Origin: Octopus sinensis
Lineage: Eukaryota
DNA: 64,000 nt
Assembly (NCBI RefSeq): GCF_006345805.1
Contig: NC_043006.1
Span: 102,176,001-102,240,000, forward strand
Direction of reading: 5' to 3'
Numbering within the stretch: position 1 is the stretch's first letter; the number at the start of each line of letters is the position of its first letter. Shown here in pieces: positions 12,490 through 26,022 of the stretch. The notes beneath the pieces were generated by a model, which saw only the letters and a program-made list of their open reading frames with translations, was not told the origin of the DNA and did no database searches. The translations under genes and the position numbers were made by a program.

Positions 12490-12977
12490 TGTTAGTGTGT
12501 GTGTGTGTGTGTGTAGAAAGAAATATTAAAGATAGAGTTTATGTATGAGAGATTTTTTATTGTATTTGAAATTTTGCTGGTAGAACATATTGCAATACTC
12601 AAGGCCACCAAGTAGATATATAGATATATACAAAGAGAGATGAGTAGATACTGTTGTTTGTATATATGCGTGTGTGTATATAACATATATGTAAGATAGA
12701 TAAAAAGATGAATGATTAGAAAGTTACAATAAATATGCATATATAGTAAATACATACACATTATATATATATATATACACGCACACAAACACAAAATAAA
12801 TACATGTCTTCTCATCATATATATATTTATTATACACATGTATATGTACATAATATATATACACACATATTTTTGAATATGAATATATATATATGTATAC
12901 ATGTATATTATATATATATAAATAGAATGCGTGTGTGGATATATGTACATGCATGCATATGTACATATATGCTTATA

Positions 12978-13034
<57 letters not shown>

Positions 13035-13072
13035 TGTGTATATATATATATATCATTATCATCAAATGTATA
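12490..13072. repeat. Compound (TA)n/(TG)n/(CA)n microsatellite region
   Basis: Direct reading. It generates several low-complexity YI/CV/TH ORFs in the track. Confidence 0.95.
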
Positions 13073-14099
13073 TATAAACAGATTTATAGAAAAAGAAATA
13101 ACAGACAATCAGATAAAATAGACAGATTCTGTGATTATCAAAAGCCTAACTTTTGTTCTTAAATCTTTTAAAGAAACTAAATGTTGAATAAATTTTGTTT
13201 AATGATGTTTGAAGTCCAGTTTTGCTATTTGGTGTTTTCTTCTTAAGAAGCAATGAAGTAAATGGCTTCATTTTCCAGAGTTGCAGGAAATTAGTGCCTA
13301 GATTGCTTTAGTTTTTACTAATCAATAATGAAAGTCTTGAAAAGTAGATTGATAAAAGCCCATCATCTTAGCCATTATCATCATCAAAGAGATGATGAAG
13401 TAGGTTCTGATAGTTCTTGTATTTTATTTTTGTCTTCTATGCTTTTACTTCATCTGCCTTCTTTTGTTCTTTATTATTGTCTATTTAATTTGATGAATAA
13501 ACATTCAAACTGAACAGTTCACTAGAGAAATTTTCTCTGCATCTGTTTGTATTTGTGTGCGTGTTTGTGTATACTCGTGTGTTTTGACATGTTTCATTGT
13601 ATTTGTAGTTGTACTTTATGCTGCGTAATGATTGTGTGTGTTCATAGGAAAAGTAGAAGAGTATGTTTTCATGTGAGTATACTCACAGTACTCACACATG
13701 TCAGCACCATCAAATGGTACTTATAAAAAAAATGAGGTGAGGACTAGAGTATTTTCCATCATCACCTCACATTCATTTTTATATTTTACCATTGTCTTTT
13801 TGAGTTTAGTTGATTTTAAACCCCACCACCATCACTTCCCCAAATACCAACAATTATATCTCCATCTCACTTTATCTTTATATTTTTCTTATTAATCTCC
13901 TCATGGAAGAAACATTAAAAGGCTGAACATAATGCCAACATTTTAAACATTTTATGATTTTAGCTCAAGTCTCATCAGGCTTGTCTTTATCTTCCACTCT
14001 TTTGGATTTGATAAAATACATTGCCAGCCTGGTACTGCGACTAACATAACATGCTGGGTTTATCATCCCTCCCCATCACTTCATAACCAGATTACTTAC

Positions 14100-14514
14100 T
14101 CTTACTCTCTTTTACTCTTTTACTTGTTTTAGTCATTTGACTGCTGCCATGCTGGAGCACCGCCTTCAGTCGAGCAAATCGACCCCGGGACTTATTCTTT
14201 GTAAGCCCAGTACTTATTCTATCGGTCTCTTTTTGCTGAACCGCTAAGTGACGGGGACGTAAACACACCAGCATCGGTTGTCAAGCAATGCTAGGGGGAC
14301 AAACACAGACACACAAACACACGCACACATACACATATATATATATACATACGACAGGCTTCCTTCAGTTTCCGTCTACCAAATCCACTCACAAGGCTTT
14401 GGTCGGCCCGGAGCTATAGCAGAAGACACTTGCCCAAGATGCCACGCAGTGGGACTGAACCCGGAACCATGTGGTTGGTTAGCAAGCTACTTACCACACA
14501 GCCACTCCTGCGCC
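14100..14514 (-). mobile_element. tRNA-type SINE, family A (near full length)
   Basis: Head GGCGCAGGAGTGGCTGTGTGGTAAG...GGGTTCAGTCCC, internal (TA)/(TG) tract, tail GACTAAAACAAGTAAAAGAG. Near-identical to 62620-63008 and 20592-20966. Confidence 0.85.
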
Positions 14515-14867
14515 TATTTGCTTCGTATTTTTAATAAATTCATTTATTTCTTAACAAAACTTTTTACTATACTCAGTAGTTATTCTCATAGTCTGTTAAC
14601 ACCTCATGGAGTTTTCTTCTCCACTCTAACATCTTACATTTTATCACTTCATTGCCCTCTCTTATATCCTAGGGCAGTGCATCAGTTAAAACAGAGGTGG
14701 CTGATTAGTTGAAGAAAGACAGATTTTGTCTTCAGCCAATCATCTCCTTCTCCTGCCCCTTTATTTTAAATGTTTGCACTTTCCTACTCTTTCTTTCTTA
14801 CTTAACCACCAGAATTATAGATTCCTCTCATCATACATTGATACATCTACATATATCACATTCTACA

Positions 14868-14997
14868 CTGTTCTCCTCTCTCTCCCTCTCTCCTCTCTCT
14901 ATATCTCTCTCCCTCTCTCCTCTCTCTATATCTCTCTCCCTCTCTCCTCTCTCTATATCTCTCTCTCTCCTCTCTCTATATATATCTCTCTCTCCTT
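14868..14997. repeat. (CT)n-rich tandem repeat, unit ~CTCTCTCCCTCTCTCCTCTCTCTATAT
   Basis: Direct reading, about four units. Confidence 0.85.
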
Positions 14998-15189
14998 CTT
15001 TTTATCTGGTCTTTACTACTTCTTACTCTTTTCTCCACTACTTTACACAGTCTTGCTACCCTCAATTCTCTCATCCTTCATTTCTTCTTCTCTTTCCTTC
15101 TTTACTTCATTCTCCCCCTTCATGTCACCATCTGTTTTCTCTCTTATCTTTTCCTTTCTCTCTTCCGAGTGCATTAATCAAATTCTTGT

Positions 15190-15610
15190 TCTGCCTGGTC
15201 AGCTACTTTGTTGATGACTTTCTCAAACTTAGAGACTCATACCAAAAATTCTCATTTCCATGTGTTTGTTGATATTTGTGATGTCATTTATGTAAATAAT
15301 AAACAGAGGTGGACTCAATACAGTCCCTCGAGGGACACCATTAATGACTTTTGTCGTACTTCAGTAGACTTCTTTGATCACAACATGTTGGGCTCTGTTT
15401 GTCAGGAACCACTTAATCCACTGCAGTAGCTTTCTGAAATTCAGTGTTGGATAGATTTTGTCAGTAGAATGTTGATAGTTCCACTGCAGGCATGATGTAT
15501 GATGTATGTGTGCTGAAGCCTTCCCTCAAAGCATTCAAAATGTCTTCAAGGCAAAGCAGAAGCTGTATTAAGCAGTCCATGTCACCACGAAAATATGTTC
15601 ATTGAGATTT
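15190..15610 (-). pseudogene. CR1/L2-type LINE reverse transcriptase fragment
   Basis: Minus strand GVPRGTVLSPPLFIIYINDIT (~15277-15339) matches the RT motif GVPQGxVLGPLLF.IYINDI; preceded by an FLTNRAQHV-like segment. Confidence 0.7.
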
Positions 15611-15627
15611 AGGAGATTGTTGATTGT

Positions 15628-16316
15628 TTATCTTTTACTGGTTTCAGTCATTGGTTTGCAGCCATGCTGGAGCACCGTCTTGAAGAATCTTTAGTTGAAT
15701 GATTCAACCCCAGTACTCGTGGGTTTTTTTTTTTGGTTTTTTGTTTTTTAATTCTGGTATTTGTTTTATTGGTGTCTTTTGCCAAACCACTAAGTTACAA
15801 GGGTATAAACACACCAACACCAGTTGTCAAGTGATAGTGGGGAATAAACACGAAGACACACACACACATATATGTGCTGGGCTTCTTTTCAGTTTCTGTC
15901 TGCCAAATCAGCTCACAAAATTTGTAGAAAACACTTGCCTGAGGTACCATGTAGTGGAACTGTGGAGACACATGGTCTACTGGTTAGAGCAGTGGACTCG
16001 TGGTCAAGGGATCATGGGTTCGAATCTCAGACCGGGCGATGTGAGTGTTTATGAGCAAAACACCTAAGCTCCACGCGGCTCCGGCAGAAGGTAATGGCAA
16101 ACTTCTGCTGACTCTTTCGCCACAACTTTCTCTCACTCTTTCTTCCTGCATCTAGCAGCTCACCTGCAACGGACCGGCGTCCCATCAGGTGGGGAACCTA
16201 TACGCCAAGGAAACCGGGAAATCAGCCCTTATGAGCCAGGCATGGCTCGAGAAGGAACAAAACATGCAGTGGAACTCAATCTGGGACCATGTGGTTGAGA
16301 AGCAACCATGCCTGTG
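15628..16316 (-). mobile_element. Degenerate family A SINE interrupted by a nested SINE
   Basis: Family A blocks (CCATGCTGGAGCACC, ACACTTGCC, CCATGTGGTTG) on both sides of the insertion. Confidence 0.7.
15962..16262 (+). mobile_element. tRNA-derived SINE (family D) with 14-bp TSD
   Basis: tRNA-like head TGGTCTACTGGTTAGAGC...GGGTTCGAATCTC and A-rich end. TSD CATGTAGTGGAACT (15948-15961) / CATGCAGTGGAACT (16263-16276). Confidence 0.8.
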
Positions 16317-19300
16317 AAATCAGTTATTTTATTTCTTTACCTCAACACCCTCTCAAAGTGTACCATCAATTACTTTACAATTTGAGGCAATGTATACTTT
16401 AGTATACTTCAGAAATTAGTGAGATTGGGTGGTAATTCACTGTAAGTGACTTATTTCCCTTTTGAAAACTGGGATTATAGAATAGAACAGAAAATGTTCA
16501 GATAATATTGTCTGTGTACGGTGATTTCTTTCACCTTGCTAATTGATGTCTACACCAATGAAGAACTTGTAGTAAAGTCCTCCAGCTAAGTTGTGATTAA
16601 TTTTATTTATTTCCACTATGAAATCTTGGGTACTGTAAGTTGTGCCAGAAGGTACATGTTGAGCGCTTACTTCATTAATACTGCCTTAGTCAACCACATT
16701 AACTTGACATCAAGATGTTAACATAACAGACACACACAATGAGAACAGCAACAGTGCTTCTGTAAAATTTCCCCCATTTTTTGAAATTGTCCTGGGGAAA
16801 TACTTTTGTCGTCAGTGAGCCAGTGGTCAAGCAACAGCCCTATACTTTTGTGAAAATGTACAGAACACTTTGTCTAATTTCCTTCATGACTCCCATCTGC
16901 CTCAGCAGTCTTTTAATTACTAATCATAGCTGTCAGGTTATTCTGCACAGAGATGATGTTTTTCCTAATTCTTGCTTTGTTAAAATGGAATACTGGTGAT
17001 GGTAATGCTGGTAATTTAGCTGATTGATCTTTTTTTTCATTTGTTATCTCTTTATTTTCTTAATGCGGATCCCCCCCTCTCTCTCTCTCTCTTTCGTCTG
17101 CATCTAGTTTTGCCCATTTATCATAATGGAGTGTGGGTCAAGTATTTATTGATAACCGTATCCTCCAATAACTATCAAGACCCTTTAGTGTCACCAGAAA
17201 TGGGTATGATCAACCAATCAAACTAGTCAATGACTGACAGGCCCAGTACAATTGCACTCCTTTCGGCAGATCTATTTCATTCGATGGGATGCACTAAGAT
17301 CAATGAATTTGCTTTAAATTTTGGATATTGCAAAACAAGATTACAGAGTGTCATGCCATGGTCTGAGAGTTGTTTTTTTTTTCTCTTTTTTTCAGCTGTG
17401 ATATGGATATGGCTAGCATAATTTCTTGACACTAGATCCAAGATACATTTGCCAAGTCTCATTGCCTCGACATGAAGTCAGACTGGAAAAAAAAAATCAA
17501 TCATAATTTGAATAAGTGACGCCACTGCTGCTCTGATTCAGAGTTGAGATTCAAATTCCTAGTTTCAAGAGTATTTTCAGATTCACCAATCATTAATATG
17601 TTTCCAGAGTTGTCTTACTATATATACCGTGTTTAATATCCTTGAGGCACTCTTGGAAGTAGAGGAAGGGTGCTTAGGTAATCTGTTGAGCCCAATTATA
17701 ATCAGGGCATTGATTGGCCATGTGTGTAGGCACTGATTCACATTAACCATAGGAAAACAGGTCCTTTGCACTTCTAGTTAGGGAATCATTGAAGAAAATA
17801 GCAGCTCTTCCCTATTTTCATACATGTGCATTGATGTATTATTTTTAACTAACACCTTTTTGTCTAATTATCGAGATATTAACATAAGCACACACACACA
17901 CATACATATATGTGTCTTTTGCTTCCTCGGTCTATTTCTTTTAATGATATGTATGTGTGTGTGTGTGCATGTGTGTGATGCGAGATATATAGATAAGCCA
18001 TCTCCACAGCAGGGAATTGGAAGCTGGTTGTAGAGTAATATTGAAAATTACCAATGAATCTACTCTGTTCATCACCAAATATTAAATCAATAATTCTTTG
18101 CCGTAATATTCATAACACTTTACTGGACAAATTGATTTTTACTTTGATTATATTCATATGTAATTTTTGATCATTGAATTCTAGGAATGAATCTCATCCA
18201 TATGAAGTTATCCCATTTTAAACATTACATACACACATTTTCATATGTATTTGTGTATTTGCCAATATATTCAAGCAAATATATATATATATATAATTGT
18301 ATTTGAAACATGTGTATACATTATAGCATCAGAGGCTGATGTGCATATTATTGTATCTGAAGTTAAATAAGTTTTTTTTTTTCAGTTACCTTCCTTTTAT
18401 CCTCTCATCATTATTGCCCTCCAAAACTAGCGTGGATGTGTCTGTGTGTGACATCCTAAGTATTATGAAATGGAAATCTACTAATTTGTTTTGGGCCTGT
18501 GTGTTGCAGTTAAACATAAAATAACAGCAGACACAACATTGATGACAAGATTGCGATAGTTTGATGCGTCAGATGAGTATCTAGTTGGTAGACTTCATGT
18601 GTAGTTGTGTGTGTGTGTGTGTGGTGTGTTGATGAAGGAATTGAAATTCATGGTTTTATATATATATTTGAATGTGTTACTATATATATTCATGTATTAA
18701 TCTGAGAACATATATATGTTTGTATGCGTTATTTGAATGTTGATGCATTTATTTGACTTCGTATTTATTAGTAGATGGTAATGTGCTTGTATAAGATGTG
18801 TTTATTTGCTTATATACATTTGTTTTGTTTCTATGTGTTGTTTTACTTTCACTTTCCATGCTGTCATGGGTTGGAGCTGATCTGTGTGTGTGTTTATGTA
18901 TTTCAACAATGTACAAACAGCAATAAGATAAGTCCTTATTGCGTGCTTGAAAAGTGAGGAATTTGGTTTATTCAGAATTTATCACAATGTGGTTATTACT
19001 TTAGAGCAATTCCTTCTTTTCTCAGGTGGGTAGATCTGCTAGTTTTATCTAACAGCTTTTGTTTAATCATTGAGACATTAAGATAAACTTGCACCTTCAT
19101 ATATCTCTCTCACTTACTCATTCTACTTCTCTTTCTGTATATCTCTCAAGTGATTTGTGTGTGTGTGTGTGTGTGTAAAACACTTCATTATTTACACTTT
19201 GTGATACTGAGTTCTATATGTCCTAATGCTAAACAGTTCATACCTCTTAGTCTGTGTATGTAATATAGTTAAATACATTTGAGATAAAAACAGGAGACAG

Positions 19301-20591
19301 AGAACTTGATTGTAAAGTAGATTATATATGTAAATTTTATGTAAGCTGAGAATACTGCATGAGTTACTCATGAGTCTAGAGTTCTGTGTTGAAACATTTG
19401 AGTTTTCTTTTTGCCATTAAATTCTAGGCCTTGAGTAACATCTGTAGTATCCTCATTTAATAATATATATGTAGATATATGTGTGCATATATATATACAC
19501 ACATGCACACACATATACATGAATATATGCACATATACATACTTTAGTATATAGGGACATAAAAACATTGACTACCTCAGAAACACATAAAACACACATT
19601 GTATATATGAACAGTTACACAATACACACACACACACCACACACACACACATCAATAGATACTCTCACAGGCATCTGCTACTCTAGTCACATCTACATAT
19701 ACATCCAAATATATTATTTATCGATTTTATATTTGATGGTTTGATATATTTATTTATGTTTTCTACAAAGGTTAGCAGCAAATACTTAACCTGATCTTCT
19801 AGGCATCATGTCAGATCTAAACCATTCCTCATAATCCCTGTTGTTGGCTCTTTATTTATTGTATATTTTCCCTTTGTGGCTGCTGCTTGTTATTTATCTT
19901 CCTATAATGGCTGTCTTGTAAGAGAAGAAACTGTTGTCTTCTCTGCTAAAGGTAGATGTCAGAATACCAAATATCTAACAGTTACAATATTGCTTAAAGA
20001 TGGGATTTTAGTTTGATGCAAGTATTTGCTCAGTATCTGCCACAATTGATTCCTTCCTTTTTAGGTTATTAGAAGAAGAGGAGAATAAACTTTATTCAAC
20101 GATTCAAGTCCTTTTTCTTTTCCTTTTCTACCTGCTTACCACAATCTTCTCACATGTCAATTGTCTGTCTTTCCCAGGAATTCTTCTTCTAACTGCTTTT
20201 CATGCTGTTTCTTGTTATTGTTTTTAGTATGATTAGAACGATGGAGACACTTGATGCTGAAAAATTTGGTGGGCATCAAAAGGTTTTTGATAAACTACAT
20301 CTTCCAATTAAGTATTGATTCCTGTACATGATATCGTAAATGTATTTGAAAAGGCATGTATATCACAACATCTCTTTTTTCCATTCAAATTCTTTGTTAC
20401 AAATGCTTCAAAGCAATTATTTCTGAATAGTACTCTCTCTCTCTCTCTCTCTCTCTTTCTCCCCCCCCCCAATAGTACTAGTACAAATGTTGAAGCTAAA
20501 ACAATTACATTGTAGTATATAGTATGACATGTCAAAAAGTTTTGTTGTACATGTTTCAGGCATTGTGAACTATGCTCTGTTTTATATAAAT

Positions 20592-20966
20592 ACTCTCTCT
20601 CTTTTACTTGTTTCAGTCATTTGACTGCAGCCATGCTGGAGCACTACCTTTAGTCGAGCAAATCGACCCCGGGACTTATTCTTTGTAAGCCCAGTACTTA
20701 TTTTATCAGTCTCTTTTGCCGAACTGCTAAGTGACGGGGACGCAAACACACCAGCATCGGTTGTCAAGCAATGCTAGGGGGACAAACACACACACATACA
20801 TATATATATATACATATATACAACAGGCTTCTTTCAGTTTCCGTCTACCAAATCCATTCACAAGGCATTGGTCGGCCCGGGGCTATAGCAGAAGACACTT
20901 GCTCAAGATGCCACGCAGTGGGACTGAACCCAGAACCATGTGGTTGGTTAGCAAGCTACTTATCAC
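20592..20966 (-). mobile_element. tRNA-type SINE, family A
   Basis: Collinear with 14100-14514. Confidence 0.85.
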
Positions 20967-21076
20967 GAGTAATCAGATTGGTTGTTGATGTCATATCCCG
21001 ATAACATTCTGTTATATGTATGTATTTGTGTTTATTAATTGTGTGTACATATTTCATACACACACACACACACACA

Positions 21077-21281
21077 TGAGGGGGTGGTGAAAAGTTCATG
21101 GCTTTAAAGGTATCACGAAAGGCCTGTTTGTAGGCCCAACCTTCTGAGTTTTTTTACAGGGCTTAGAAAAACTAAAGGGCAACTGCAATAAGTATGTGAA
21201 TCTGAGAGGGCAATGTGTTGAGTAAGATCATAACTGATCCTCCTGTATTGTCTTTCACCCAAAGCTAGGAACTGCCTCGTA
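21077..21281 (+). mobile_element. Mariner-derived short non-autonomous element
   Basis: Left end TGAGGGGGTGGTGAAAAGTTCATGGCTTT and truncated right end AAAGCTAGGAACTGCCTCGTA. Internal CxELRGQxVE*-like remnant of a transposase C-terminus. Confidence 0.5.
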
Positions 21282-22453
21282 TATAAATTTCCCTTAGGCA
21301 TTGCAATACAAATAACCTGGTGTAGAACCCAACATATGTATGCTTCTGAACGAAGTGTTAGTCAGGTACAAAACAGTAATAAGAAAGAGAGACGACAAAG
21401 GAATAATGGATTATCTTATGAACTTCATTAGCTTACAGCTGTTTCCACATTAAGATGCAGTGGACTCCTAGTTGGGTGCCAATTACTCCCCTCCTAACAC
21501 CATTCCAATTAACCATGCCTTTTCCACCACACTTGGCTGTTTGCACCTACCCATTCTGGTCCTGATATCATTTCTCTCTCTCTCTCTCTCCTCCTCCTCC
21601 TCCTCCTCCTCCTCCACTTGAGCAAATGTGCATATACACTTCAACTCAACTCTTATCCATACATATCTGACTTTTCTGCCGTCATTACTGTCTTTCGTAA
21701 TCCCCTTCCTTGGGCCATCATATATTAGTTTACTCAGTACTCTCTGCATCTATTATGTACGAGGTACCCCACTCTTATTCTTGTGCCTCAGTGAAAAGCC
21801 TTCTTCTACCCCACTCTTTGCTACACTGAGTGGTGAGTGAGACAACCTCTCTAGTGCTGGTGTCATAAAAAATGTACCCAGTACATGCTGTAAAGTGATT
21901 GGCAAATGAGCAGAGAGTGCATAGGGCTAGAAGGTCATTTTAATTAGGTTTTGCTGAGGAGTGTTCAACTTCTGTAATGCTTGTGCTATGAAAAATGCAC
22001 TCAGTATAATCTGTGAAGTGATTAGCGGCTGGAAGAGCTTGCAGTCATAGAAACAACGCAAAATGACACATGCAAAACCCCATCTATGAGAGCAGTGATT
22101 TTCAATAAGAAGTGACTTGGACCATGACAACTCATTCTACCATTGCCAGCATAGAAAGTGAACATAAAAGATGAAGATGATGATGATATTATATACACAC
22201 AATATATATGTGTGTGGGTGTCGGAAAAAAATTTGTATTTGAGTACACTTTTGTTTGAAAATACTGCTGTGTGTACTATGCATAAATGCATATATGTGTA
22301 CAATTCATGTACACATACATTGAATGTGTGTATATATATATATACAAAGTTATTTGAAATGTTTGACAACATACATTTTTCATTCAAATTTGTTATTCAT
22401 ATATTCTTCTTTCACTAGACTAGAGATACCTTATACACATACACACTCACACA

Positions 22454-22730
22454 CAAATGTATCTGTACATAAATAAATGTATACCTATATGTATATGTGT
22501 ATGTTTGTGTTTATATATATATATATATACACACACTCACATACTCAAATGTATGTGTACATAAATGAATGTATACCTATATGTGTGTGTCTGTCTATGT
22601 ATGTGTTTATATATATGCATACACACACTAACACACATAAATGTATGTGTACATAAATGAATGTATAACTATATGTATGTGTGCCTATGTATGTGTGCCT
22701 ATGTATGTGTTTATATATACATATACACAC
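22454..22730 (+). repeat. 92-bp minisatellite, 3 copies
   Basis: (C/T)AAATGTAT(C/G)TGTACATAAAT(A/G)AATGTATA(C/A)CTATATGT units start at 22454, 22546 and 22638. Confidence 0.85.
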
Positions 22731-22766
22731 TCACAAACAAACACACTAATATTTTTTACATCATAG

Positions 22767-22835
22767 AAATATGGCAGCAAGTTGAATCTGTTTATGAATA
22801 ATGAAAGTAAAATGACAAGCAATTCAAAGGAAAGG
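22767..22835 (+). CDS. Weak candidate 69-nt in-frame exon (KYGSKLNLFMNNESKMTSNSKER), gene unidentified
   Basis: Upstream CTAAT-TTTTTTACATCATAG acceptor, downstream AGG|GTAAGA donor, one open frame, length divisible by 3. No homology recognised. Confidence 0.2.
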
Positions 22836-23657
22836 GTAAGATGTCAAATGAAAAATAATTGACCAGAGGGACATCTCATTTCTACTGTGTAATGTATTCC
22901 AACTGAATTGCAGGCAATAAATTATAGAGTAAGTTATATTCAGGTCATATTGAGCCATGTTTTCTGAATGTTCCTCTCTATGTGTCTGTTTATTAGAAAT
23001 ATTTGATTGTGTGTGTGTATATGTATGTAGGAGTAATCTTCTGATGCATATATCTTTGCACATGTGTGTGTGTGCATATGTATGTGTTTAAGTGTATCAG
23101 AAATATTTGAGTATACACACACACACTCACACACACATATGAAGGTGTTGTTTGTATGTGTCTGTATATGTTTGTATACATGTGTACATATCTCTGGATA
23201 ACCAGTGTATATATATGGGCATTATACAACTTATGACCTCGCTTGGTATATGGGTGAGTGTGTGTGTTTGTGTGTGTGAATGAATGAAGATGGTGTGTTA
23301 TGTCTGTTGTTGCTAACTCTGTGTCAGCACTGATATAGCAGACTTATGATAAAAGGTATCCCATTCATAACCAACTTGTTTTTTGTAATTTTCATTTCTT
23401 TTTGTTCTCCCCTTATATAACTAGAACTACACTGTTCAATACGTCTACTTTTAAGATTGTGGGCTGCTTTTATGAAGATTTGGTTGTTATTCCCAGCAGG
23501 TTAGGTTACCACCATAGATACATGATATGAGCCCCGCTTGGCTCATATGGTATGTCCAAGTATTGTAAGCATTGCTGCGATTATATTAATATTCCTGTTT
23601 AAACCTATGTGTAAATGACTCTACATTTACATATATGTGTGTGTGTATATATATATA

Positions 23658-23715
<58 letters not shown>

Positions 23716-24298
23716 TTCTTCAAGCGAGCATATTTTTATTTAATGTTTGTGGTCACTTTTGCTTCCTGATATTTTAGTATTGGTGAAATAATCTCATTTT
23801 TAGTATTTGTGTGTGGTGGATGTATATGTGTATGTAGTATCAATATTGGTTTATACACACATGCGCGTATCATATTTGTGTGTATGTATCTTATATCTTT
23901 ATTATAGCATTCGATATTCTATATAATTTAAAACCTATTTCCCATTTGATTTTAGTATGTTGCAAGGAAACTATGTATATATATATATGTGTGTGTGTAT
24001 GCAAGTGTTATGTATGTGTGTGTTTGTGTGTTTATATGTATGTATGTTTTTCATTTCAAACAAAAACAAAATGTAGAGATACAAAGTATGCACATGTTAG
24101 AGAATAAAACAGTGATAATCCGGTTGGACTGGAACCTTCATCATGACATTCATGCCTCAGTGTAATTTATTCAATCTCATGTGTATTCTTTGTGTCTGAA
24201 TCTTTTGATTTGCTTGAAATATAAACATTTTCTCTGCTCAATCCTACCTTGGCCAGCAATAAATTTCATTTAATATTTTATATCTATATTTGTTTTTG

Positions 24299-24380
<82 letters not shown>

Positions 24381-24832
24381 CACACACACACATACACATA
24401 CATGTGTGTGTGTTTGTGTTTGAGTTGACTAACAAAAAGGCAAAAAGAAAAAGTAATAGATACTGGAGTAGAGTGTAATTATTTATTGTTGCTCAGAAAC
24501 TGTTCAGACTTTTACAAGTGTCATTGTTCACTTTATGGGAACTGCAACATCATTTTCCTTGTCATATTTATCTATTATTCTATGCTGCCCTGTGTTGGAT
24601 TCCACCACAGTATCTTGTGATCTTTGTGGCCCCTCATTGGCTCCTTCATGAGGTTCAGTATTCTGAGTGGAATTCGATCTCAATATCAAACTCCACTACT
24701 TCTCCACACATACACATGTTATTGACAATTATAGTTAAATTGAAACTAAAGATTATTCAATCTGTCAAAGTACTGTGAGTGGGTGTCAGGTTACTGAAAG
24801 TCTCAAACATATTCTGAAGTCTAGAATTGTCA

Positions 24833-25330
24833 AACACTATTTAAGTTAGCTATAGTTGCCCCTCTAAAATGGGTTCAATGATCTGCCACCACAATAAAAA
24901 CAACAGCATTAGGAACACTCCATATAGATCTTGTAACTGTAGATCCACTGATAACTGTCTTCTGAACAATCTCTTCTTGGAAAACAAACTACTTTACAAA
25001 GCTAGTATCACTGACATAGATGGGACCACAAGAACTCACATCAGGATGACTGCAAAACCTTGAAGGAAAGAAACTTGGCTTTATTTAGAGACAAGAATAA
25101 AAGACATGCAACATTTTTGTCTAATATGGTATGGAGCCTTAAAAATAGGAATGTGGACAACTCCCAAATAATCTGGAGCTTCATAGCTAAAGCCAGTAAA
25201 TGTAAGGGACGAAGCTGCAGATGCAGTCTCTGTATTACTGAGAAATTAAACATGACTTCAACAATGGACATTTTGAACATTAGGGAAAAGCTTTCTTTTC
25301 TTGCTTACACAAACAACAGTTTAAATTGTG
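24833..25330 (+). pseudogene. Penelope-like element linker and GIY-YIG endonuclease relic
   Basis: NTI*VSYSCPSKMGSMICHHNK...SCNCRSTDNCLLNNLFLENKLLYKASIT, then after a frameshift KERNLALFRDKNKRHATFLSNMVWSLK...IIWSFIAKASKCKGRSCRCSLCITEK...LNIREK. Matches the PLE pattern SYSC..NM....HN / CNC...CPL...C / LS..IW.LK / C.LC..EK. Confidence 0.8.
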
Positions 25331-25837
25331 TAATTTCAAGCATGGCCCCTCAGTGACCTCACCAGCAATCCAGCCAGGATAAATATAAGATATAATGTTA
25401 ATATTGTATAAATTATACTTCTACATTCTCTGTTCAATCTTAAGGACTCATGCTTGAATTCCATCTGTACTCATATAAATGGCACACACATCACATGATT
25501 TGCAAAATATATTTTCGTAGACTTGCAACTTCATTTACTTATAAGTGTTTAAAACTTTTGTAAACCACATAAATTGATCAGTATAAACATAAGTGCAGAC
25601 ATATGAGATATGTTGTATACATTTATTTAAGGCTACAAGTGAGCATGCGAATGTATTAATGTAGTGCAGTTAAACTGTGTTGAATGCAAAATCTATGAAC
25701 ATTTCACCAACAAAAGACAAGGCCATTGCAAGGGAATTAACAGTTAAGAAATGTCCCTACATGAATTACCTTGAAATTTGCAGAATTTTCTGCATGAAAC
25801 CATCGGTAGCATTGTTAATCCACAAATATATAATATG

Positions 25838-25873
<36 letters not shown>

Positions 25874-25902
25874 TTCCACACACACACATATATATACATA
25901 TA

Positions 25903-26022
25903 TCACGTGATCACGTGATCGACCAGACTATCAGATGTTGCTACACATCGCTGGTCACAATACGCTCCGCATTGCTTTAGCCCTCAAATGACGCCACCCT
26001 GCTGGCTAAGCGAGCAGGCCAA
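25903..26022. repeat. CpG-rich interspersed-repeat fragment embedded in microsatellites
   Basis: GC/CpG content far above the flanks, begins with palindrome TCACGTGATCACGTGA, has internal hairpins, bounded by (CA)/(TA) tracts. Confidence 0.5.

Noticed and set aside
12492-13162. Overlapping ORFs rich in Y/I/C/V/T/H (also at 34709-35243, 36115-36524, 42432-42741 and elsewhere)
   Set aside because: They are translations of dinucleotide microsatellites.
25058-25066. TGA in the PLE endonuclease as a possible selenocysteine codon
   Set aside because: Homology continues in a different frame and the position is not a conserved Cys; it is a frameshift lesion.
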